Source of the DNA: TPA_inf: Saccharomyces
Lineage: Eukaryota
Direction of reading: 5' to 3'
Length of the DNA stretch: 64,000 bases
NCBI GenBank assembly: GCA_000146045.2
Contig: BK006941.2
Location: 224,001 to 288,000, forward strand
In this document: piece after piece, positions 54,946 through 64,000 of the stretch
Numbering within the stretch: the stretch's first letter is position 1
Layout: each line of letters opens with the position of its first letter
Translations under genes and position numbers: made by a program
The notes under the pieces: model-generated
Databases searched by the model: none
Seen by the model: only the letters and a program-made list of their open reading frames with translations
Told to the model about the DNA's origin: nothing

Positions 54946-56523
54946 TCAGTTCATTTCCGTATCTTGTTCTTGGTGCGTAAAACTGGTTTGCGGAGGAGCA
55001 TTTTCAATTATTGCGTTTTCTGGCAATGCAAATGGCCTTTCATTGGTAGGAACGTTTGAATTGGGTGCAGCGCCTTTCTTTTCCGGAAGTACTCTGCCTG
55101 GAGGATGTCTGAATAGACAGTAAATATTCTTACAATTGACACCAAATCTACAATCTTCATTAATTGGATGGCCAAATAAACAATCAATTCTAGTACAGTT
55201 TGCTCCTTCACGGCACATAATATGAGAACGAGCATGTCTATATTTGCAACGTTTATTGGTGCAGTGCGTACCGAACTTACATTGTTCTAAGGACTTTTCA
55301 ACCGGAGGTGGAGCTGCTTTCTTCTGGCTTATTGGTTTTACTTCCTTGATCTTCGACAATGAAGAGTGGGCCTTTCTACACTCAGGATTATCACATGTCA
55401 AATTCTTGTCACACCACATTAGATCAATGACTTTCGCATCTTCATTTGCTGGTGTTGGATGACCAAATGGGCATGATGGATTGGAACACAGAGCCCCAAA
55501 TTTACACAGAACGATACCAGTTTGTACCGGTTTCCTTTTTGCCGCCAATAAATCAGCTTTTCTTTTTTGAAATTCTTCACGAGTTCTTTCCATTTCCTTC
55601 ATCAACTCTTCATCTTCATTTGGATGTAAAAACTCACAAGTTCCGGGAGGCTTTGGACAATTTGGATATTCATTACATACCTTAGTTGGGTGTGCATGTG
55701 GGCATGATCTACCAAGAGGACAGTGAGGAAACAATCTGCAACGCCCCTCTTTCTTGGTTGGAGTGAAGTTCATATTACTCTCACCCGCCATTCCAAGTGC
55801 TTTTGCTAACGGATTAAAACGTGTGGAATTATTGTTGCGTCCTCCACGGTTCCCACCGCGACCACCTCTACGATTCTTTCCAACGGCGCCTCCGCCACGT
55901 TGAGTGAACCTTTGGCTGTTATCTACAGGCGCAAACTGAGGGGGAGCTGCAGCGTTAACAACGCCGGAAAAGGCTGATATGGGGGATGGAGTTGCAGGAG
56001 CATCTGTCTGCATTGCATTCTGGGTCCCTAGTTGTGGCTGAAGTGGTTGAAGTTGAGGTTGCTGTTGAGGTTGCTGTTGAGGTTGCTGTTGAGGTTGCTG
56101 TTGAGGTTGCTGTTGAGGTTGCTGTTGAGGTTGCTGTTGAGGTTGCTGTTGAGGTTGCTGTTGCGCGATGTCTGGTTGCTGTTGTTGTTGTTGCTGTTGT
56201 TGCTGTTGTGCGATATCCGATTGTCCCAAGCTTTGCGCATTCATCATTCTAATTTTGGAAACAATATTTTCAGCACTTTCTCCCTGTTGCAGAGCTTCTA
56301 ATGCGAAAAAGGCTGTTTGAACAACATTTGCAAGCGTATCTCTCGAAACACTATCAAACAAACTAGCCAGCTCGTCTACGACAGATTCAACAGTACCACC
56401 GTTAACGATCAATAAGACAATATACTCCGCAACATACTTGATATCTTCGTTAAAGTTTGGTATACCAGCCAGTTTTTCGGCAACGATAACCTTCAAGTTT
56501 TCTGTGTACTGTTCTTGAGACAT
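54946..56523 (-). CDS. NAB2: nuclear poly(A)-binding protein with seven tandem CCCH zinc fingers, QQQP repeat and RGG region (525 aa)
   Basis: ORF 54946..56523 -. The N-terminal PWI-like domain, then Q10 + (QQQP)9, then RGG box (GGGAVGKNRRGGRGGNRGGRNN), then C-terminal CX5CX4-6CX3H fingers. Confidence 0.95.
   Translation of the reverse strand: MSQEQYTENLKVIVAEKLAGIPNFNEDIKYVAEYIVLLIVNGGTVESVVDELASLFDSVSRDTLANVVQTAFFALEALQQGESAENIVSKIRMMNAQSLGQSDIAQQQQQQQQQQQPDIAQQQPQQQPQQQPQQQPQQQPQQQPQQQPQQQPQQQPQLQPLQPQLGTQNAMQTDAPATPSPISAFSGVVNAAAPPQFAPVDNSQRFTQRGGGAVGKNRRGGRGGNRGGRNNNSTRFNPLAKALGMAGESNMNFTPTKKEGRCRLFPHCPLGRSCPHAHPTKVCNEYPNCPKPPGTCEFLHPNEDEELMKEMERTREEFQKRKADLLAAKRKPVQTGIVLCKFGALCSNPSCPFGHPTPANEDAKVIDLMWCDKNLTCDNPECRKAHSSLSKIKEVKPISQKKAAPPPVEKSLEQCKFGTHCTNKRCKYRHARSHIMCREGANCTRIDCLFGHPINEDCRFGVNCKNIYCLFRHPPGRVLPEKKGAAPNSNVPTNERPFALPENAIIENAPPQTSFTHQEQDTEMN
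56052..56159 (-). repeat. NAB2: perfect 12-bp tandem repeat (plus-strand GTTGAGGTTGCT) x9 inside NAB2, encoding (QQQP)9; followed at 56175-56215 by a CAA/CAG tract encoding Q10
   Basis: Nine identical 12-bp units counted directly at 56052..56159, with degenerate units on both flanks. Confidence 0.95.
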
Positions 56524-56776
56524 TTCTGATGTACTTCCACTTCCTTATGATCAGAGATAATTAGAAACCACTATATTTAGATGTTTTATGGAAGTATTTG
56601 GAAGAAAGATGTGTAAAATTTTGTATTTTTCCCATTTGCCACCAGCGAAGCGAATATCACTATTTCCCCGCTTCGTATTTTGTGTAACGATGTACGAGAA
56701 TACAACAATGTTTATATAATTGTATATGAATGTTCTCTTCACATTAAACTCTGTGTATAAGGTCGCGTTGAGCAAG

Positions 56777-57157
56777 CTAGTGATAGAACCTTCTCCTAGG
56801 ATACATAGAAAGAGTGTCATCAGTTCTTGTTAGCTCTTCTTGTAACTGTGTGAACAAATCGTCGATGTCCCAGTCCAGTTCTGACATTTTCATTGAAAGC
56901 ACATCCCTATATAAACGTCTCGCCTGGTTCCTTTTTTCTAGCAAAAGTGCTAACAAAGATGGCAGTGTTGTGGCAGTAACTTCCCTTGATTCAGGCTCAA
57001 TTTTGTAATGAACCACACGATCGGTAAGTGTGTGCAACTCTCCGACAACGGTGACGAGGTTTTCTTGAGTATTGGAGAATAACAAAACTTCCCAGAAATT
57101 ATAAGTTGGTTCAGCCCCAGCCGAGGCTTCTTCCTCGATGTCACTTAGATAAAACAT
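56777..57157 (-). CDS. GPG1: small protein (126 aa) proposed G-gamma-like partner of Gpa2
   Basis: ORF 56777..57157 -. Position and length match YGL121C. No sequence features I can verify beyond that. Confidence 0.7.
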   Translation of the reverse strand: MFYLSDIEEEASAGAEPTYNFWEVLLFSNTQENLVTVVGELHTLTDRVVHYKIEPESREVTATTLPSLLALLLEKRNQARRLYRDVLSMKMSELDWDIDDLFTQLQEELTRTDDTLSMYPRRRFYH

Positions 57158-57633
57158 GATTGCTACTTAAAAGATTTCTTATCTTCTCTGTAGTTCAAAT
57201 TAGATAGTGGAAAATAAGTTTTCTTAATATACAGATATATGCGGTTTACCCCAAAACTACTTTGATGGGAAGCCAACATCCTCGTTGAAATTGAGTGATT
57301 AATTTCGTTGCAAGAGTAAGATGCTCGTTTTAAGCATCGTTAAAGGAGTAATTTACCTTTACGGTAATCTTTGCCATTTTTAAGGGAACTTCCTCACACC
57401 GCGGTTTGTTTCTTTATTTGTTCTTGTAAAAACACCTCGAAGGGAATATAGGATGTGCTCTATATAGACATACCCAACAAAAGAAAAAAGCTTCTTTTTG
57501 ATACAGGGCGCTATGATTTTAGTACAAGCAGCTTTAGGTTACGTGTACCTATTTCTAGTTGAATTTTCTCTCTATGAAATAGTCCTATAAATTTATATAA
57601 ATCTATTTTTTTTTTTTTTTCGACACAAAATGT

Positions 57634-59985
<2,352 letters not shown>

Positions 59986-60441
59986 CTATCGTTACTCAAT
60001 CGCATCCCCGTAAACGTGTTAAATATTACAATTGAATAAGTTTCTTTTCACCTCATCTCGCATTTGAAAATTTTTCAGAGGCACCGAAAAAAAAGAAAAA
60101 GAAATAAAAAAGGACTTGTGTATAAGATCGCTAGATCAATAAAAAGCAATCTGGTAGATTTATGGGACTCCGAAATGATACTGTCAGTTGAAACAGCAAA
60201 CGAATACAGAGCGTAAAACTAAACGACCTTAGTTTGGAAAATGATGAAATTTGTCCATAACTATATACTATCAGTCAGCAAACTATGATCCGGGTAATAT
60301 TCATTTGTAAAGCTTTAGATCTGTAATAGTACCCAGTACTTTTTTAGATGATCTTAATTAGTTAAGATCTTTCTGGTACTGTACTCAGTACGCTTCCTTG
60401 GCATCCTTATTGGGACCTGTTCGGCTAAGATATCGTTCGAT

Positions 60442-61947
60442 ATGGTTACAAATATGGTGAAATTGAGGAATTTAAGGAGATTGTATTGTTCATCCCGTCT
60501 CTTAAGAACTATACAGAACGGGAGAATTTCTTCTGTTTCTTCAATATCGTTGAGTAAGAAATATACTACAAAATCTGCCAAAGAAGGTGAAGAAAACGTA
60601 GAAAGGAAGCATGAGGAGGAAAAAAAGGATACATTAAAAAGTTCCAGTGTACCAACTTCACGAATATCGAGATTGTTCCATTATGGCTCACTGGCAGCAG
60701 GGGTGGGCATGAATGCCGCAGCAAAAGGCATATCGGAAGTTGCAAAGGGCAATTCTCCCACTTGGAAATCTTTGATTCTATCAGATTCGAATATTGACAG
60801 AATTACCAATAAATTTTCTAAAATGAGAGGTGTTGCCCTTAAAATAGGGCAACTATTGTCTTTTCAGGATGAGAAAGTGTTGCCAAAGGAATTATACGAA
60901 ATTTTATCAAGGGTACAGAATAGTGCAAATCATATGCCTCAAAGGCAATTGGAAAAGGTTATGGCCAAGGAATTAGGTGCTAATTGGAAGACAAAGTTTT
61001 CCAAATTTGACAAGATACCTATGGCAGCTGCTAGTATCGGACAGGTACATGCGGCAGAGTTGCCCAGTGGTCAAAGAGTGGTTGTCAAAATTCAATATCC
61101 TGGGGTTAAAGAATCCATTGATTCGGATTTGAATAGTTTACTAATGTTACTTACAGCCTCAAGTTTATTACCGAAGGGATTATTTTTGGATAAGACAATT
61201 GCCAACGCTAGAACTGAGTTAAAATGGGAATGTGATTACAACAGAGAGGCTAGAGCTCTACAAAAGTTTGAGGCGTTGCTAAAGGATGACCCAGCGTTTG
61301 AGGTTCCTCATGTGTTTCCTGAATATACAACCGATAATATTATAACTATGACACGTATGGAGGGAACTGAAATAATGAAATTGCCCAAGGCATCACAAGA
61401 AACCAAAAATTTTATTTCGGAGAATATCATGAGACTATGTCTGGAAGAAATTGCCACTTTCAAGTATATGCAAACGGATCCTAATTGGGCAAATTTCCTC
61501 TATAACGGTAGGACAAAGAAAATTGAATTATTGGATTTCGGTGCCTCCAGACCTTTTGCAGAAGATTTTATTCTAAAATATAGAAAACTTTTAACTTACG
61601 CCACATTGAGAGATAGGAAAGGGGCGTACGAAATGTCTGTACAACTGGGCTATCTCACAGGCTTAGAATCGCAGTCCATGAAAGACGCGCACGTCGATAG
61701 TGTACTTACACTTGGTGAACCTTTTAGGGGTGATGTAGATAAATCTTTCGATTTCAAGGATCAAACAGTCTCAGACAGGATTAGAGGTAATATCGGGTTA
61801 ATGTTGAATGAAAGACTATGTCCGCCACCAGAGGAAACATACTCGTTACATAGAAAATTTAGTGGCATTTTTCTTTTGTGTGCAAGAATGGGTGCGTCTG
61901 TTCATTGTGCAAAGCTTTTTAAAGAGATTTTTGCCTATAAAGTTTAA
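60442..61947 (+). CDS. COQ8: mitochondrial atypical kinase / UbiB-ADCK family protein required for coenzyme Q biosynthesis (501 aa)
   Basis: ORF 60442..61947 +. N-terminal mitochondrial presequence, the UbiB-specific KxGQ motif (ALKIGQLLSFQD), and the kinase-like lysine/AAAS(I)GQVH region. Confidence 0.93.
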   Translation: MVTNMVKLRNLRRLYCSSRLLRTIQNGRISSVSSISLSKKYTTKSAKEGEENVERKHEEEKKDTLKSSSVPTSRISRLFHYGSLAAGVGMNAAAKGISEVAKGNSPTWKSLILSDSNIDRITNKFSKMRGVALKIGQLLSFQDEKVLPKELYEILSRVQNSANHMPQRQLEKVMAKELGANWKTKFSKFDKIPMAAASIGQVHAAELPSGQRVVVKIQYPGVKESIDSDLNSLLMLLTASSLLPKGLFLDKTIANARTELKWECDYNREARALQKFEALLKDDPAFEVPHVFPEYTTDNIITMTRMEGTEIMKLPKASQETKNFISENIMRLCLEEIATFKYMQTDPNWANFLYNGRTKKIELLDFGASRPFAEDFILKYRKLLTYATLRDRKGAYEMSVQLGYLTGLESQSMKDAHVDSVLTLGEPFRGDVDKSFDFKDQTVSDRIRGNIGLMLNERLCPPPEETYSLHRKFSGIFLLCARMGASVHCAKLFKEIFAYKV

Positions 61948-63339
61948 AATACTTCCCCGCTATTTGTATATATGCATATCTTTATATTATGAAAGATATT
62001 TTTTTATTTACTTTTAGTCCGTATACTTTTATTTTGTTTTGTTAGACAATCTCGAAGAACAAAAAAAAAAGATAAAACAGAAAGATAAATGTGCACTCTT
62101 TTGTACCTCGTTCTGCTATAGTACTTCCAACCAGATCGACTGAAAGATTACTAGTATATACGTCATGTTTTTAAATAGTAGTTCCCATTCTGCTTCAGTG
62201 AATTAGATATTTTTTTCCAATCATTCTCTTTAAACCCTCTGCGATAGTGATCCAACATTTTCTTAGCAACGCTAATCCTTCTGCCAATAGCTTCTCAAAA
62301 TATACACCATTAACTTTACAACATTACATAATATGACATTCCACAGAACCTCTCTATTCCATTTTACCCCATTTCAAATTACTTTTTAGTCTTTGAATTG
62401 GGTCGCTTCCTAATTATAGAATTATTTTTCTCTGTAAAGTCCCAGCCTTGTTACAATACAATTGTACATCATTCATGAGAGATGAATATAATCTGCATTT
62501 CTTGTTCTAAATTGAATATGTATCTTTGAAAATACTCTGTATGCAGGCAACTTCTTTACCAATATTTACTTTATGAAACACGCCAGCTTTAAGACAATAC
62601 CTTCGGGTCAGAAATATAGTTTAGTTTGTTAACTACAGCAGTTTCTTACAGAAAATTTTGAACTTCGACATTAGTGCATTTATCTCAGGATATAATGATC
62701 CCGTTATCCAATCGATATAGCTTCCTCAGGTTTCCATTCAGTCATAAATGTTAAATTAACGTTGTGCCTAGGGGGCAGATAAGCCTATGACATTGTTTCG
62801 TGCTCATCAAAACACTAATGTAATGGATGGCAACTGTTGCACCTATTCAGGCTGCAAAAAAAGAAGTATCATTTAAATCAAAAGGAATATGAACTGATAT
62901 AAAAAGAACATATTCATACGGGCGAATTTGGCTAGTAACCATTACGAGATAGGATAGAATATACGTATGAGATTAGAATAATTAACATAAAATATGATAA
63001 TATCGCTTTGCATTGCAATTAGCATACGTAACCTCACACAAATTTTATACTAATTGTCTAGGCATTTCATACAAGAATAACATTAGCGATCATTAGATCA
63101 GCTAAAGTTCTACATAAATGCTGCTGAACATAATAACATAGGTCCGCTTAGCAATATCAAGACATTATTACCGCTGTCAACATTTCTTGTCCGTCAGTGG
63201 ACTTACAAGAATTGAACCGAAAAAAAAAAGAATAGAAAAGGTACAATAAAAAGCAATCGGTAAACGCGACAGCAGAGACGCCCCTGCACATTTAGTACAC
63301 CGTTTCCTTCATTTAACCATCCTTAAATTATCACTTGCA

Positions 63340-63349
63340 GTATAAAAAA
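63340..63349 (-). terminator. RNA polymerase III terminator (oligo-dT on coding strand)
   Basis: The plus strand reads tataaaaaat directly 3' of the tRNA end, which is TTTTTT on the tRNA coding strand. Confidence 0.7.
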
Positions 63350-63455
63350 TGAAACGGACAGGAATTGAACCTGCAACCCTTCGATTGCAATCTTATTCCG
63401 TGGAATTTCCAAGATTTAATTGGAGTCGAAAGCTCTACCATTGAGCCACCGCTTC
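63350..63455 (-). tRNA. tW(CCA): tRNA-Trp (anticodon CCA) with a 34-nt intron; exons 63420..63455 and 63350..63385, intron 63386..63419
   Basis: Minus-strand read GAAGCGGTGGCTCAATGGTAGAGCTTTCGACTCCAA[TTAAATCTTGGAAATTCCACGGAATAAGATTGCA]ATCGAAGGGTTGCAGGTTCAATTCCTGTCCGTTTCA matches yeast tRNA-Trp with the intron 3' of the anticodon. A-box-like (TGGCTCAATGG) and B-box (GGTTCAATTCC) are present. A T6 run lies immediately downstream on the minus strand. Confidence 0.93.
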
Positions 63456-64000
63456 ATCTTGAAATATCCAAGAATTAAATTCTTACTTGTCTCCCCGAAA
63501 GCTGTATCTTTAAAACGGCTCCTAGTTATCGTCAGTTTTGATAATTAGTAACTAGAATATAGTATCACCAAGAACAGGCCAGGTAATATACTAGAAGTTG
63601 TGTATAACTACTAATATTTTTATACATATAGATGCCAAGTCAAGGTCCAATTAGTAGATTTTTCACTCTACCTTGCATTATTACCTGAAAGATCGTTTGT
63701 GTTTCCTTAAATTCGCCAGAGGTGCAAACGAATGTAAATATCTACATCAATTTACGGTTTCACGCCCGTTTCGTTTCTAATGGCAACTCATGTAAACTGT
63801 GATAAACCCGTTATTTCAGTTTTATTTTCTGCTAGTATAAAGGATGATAGTAGCCATTTCGCTGGAATATGTATCGGGTTTAAAAGATGGCATAGTTCGA
63901 AACATTTTCGCACAAGATTCTAACTGTCTTCGAACGTCGTAGAAACCGCAACGCAAGAAATGACAGCGCAATAAAATTTATTTTACTAACTGATAGAACA

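Noticed and set aside
55986-56301. ORFs 55986..56252+, 56028..56240-, 56032..56301+ with VEVAVEVA / NSNLNSNL / LLLRLLLR periodic translations.
   Set aside because: Alternative-frame readings of the NAB2 12-bp QQQP repeat. Pure periodicity artefacts.
63456-64000. Possible Ty LTR immediately 5' of the tRNA-Trp gene (Ty3 sigma would be expected 16-19 bp upstream).
   Set aside because: No TGTTGTATCTCAAAATGAGATATGTCAGTATGAC sigma start and no TGTTGGAATA delta start. Only scattered short delta-like words. Cannot support an LTR call from the sequence alone.

Overview
This window is a gene-dense stretch of the Saccharomyces cerevisiae nuclear genome. It matches the left arm of chromosome VII, from the N-terminal part of INO80 (YGL150C) through COQ8/ABC1 (YGL119W) to an intron-containing tRNA-Trp(CCA) gene. 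I recognise 30 protein-coding genes by their translated products. Their order and strands follow the S288C YGL150C to YGL119W block, with W genes on + and C genes on -. They include three ribosomal-protein genes (RPL9A, RPL1B, RPS2) and the only spliced mRNA gene in the window, SEC27, which has an 18-nt first exon and a 200-nt intron. Three ORFs have no assigned function (RRT6, YGL140C, YGL138C). No prokaryotic-style system, CRISPR array or intact transposon is present, and I see no evidence of an undescribed genetic system; this is ordinary, well-annotated yeast chromosome. The features most worth a second look: (1) a roughly 2.7-kb GC-rich island over SCS3 and the 5' half of MET13, which produces many spurious antisense ORFs; (2) the SEC27 micro-exon missed by naive ORF calling; (3) a perfect 9-unit 12-bp tandem repeat plus a CAA/CAG tract inside NAB2 (QQQP and polyQ); (4) several microsatellites and a poly(dT)26 tract in intergenic regions; (5) a 1.4-kb ORF-free AT-rich region next to the tRNA gene containing a possible degenerate LTR remnant; (6) the three uncharacterised ORFs. 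Gene names come from my recognition of the encoded proteins and the known chromosome VII gene order. No database search was run.
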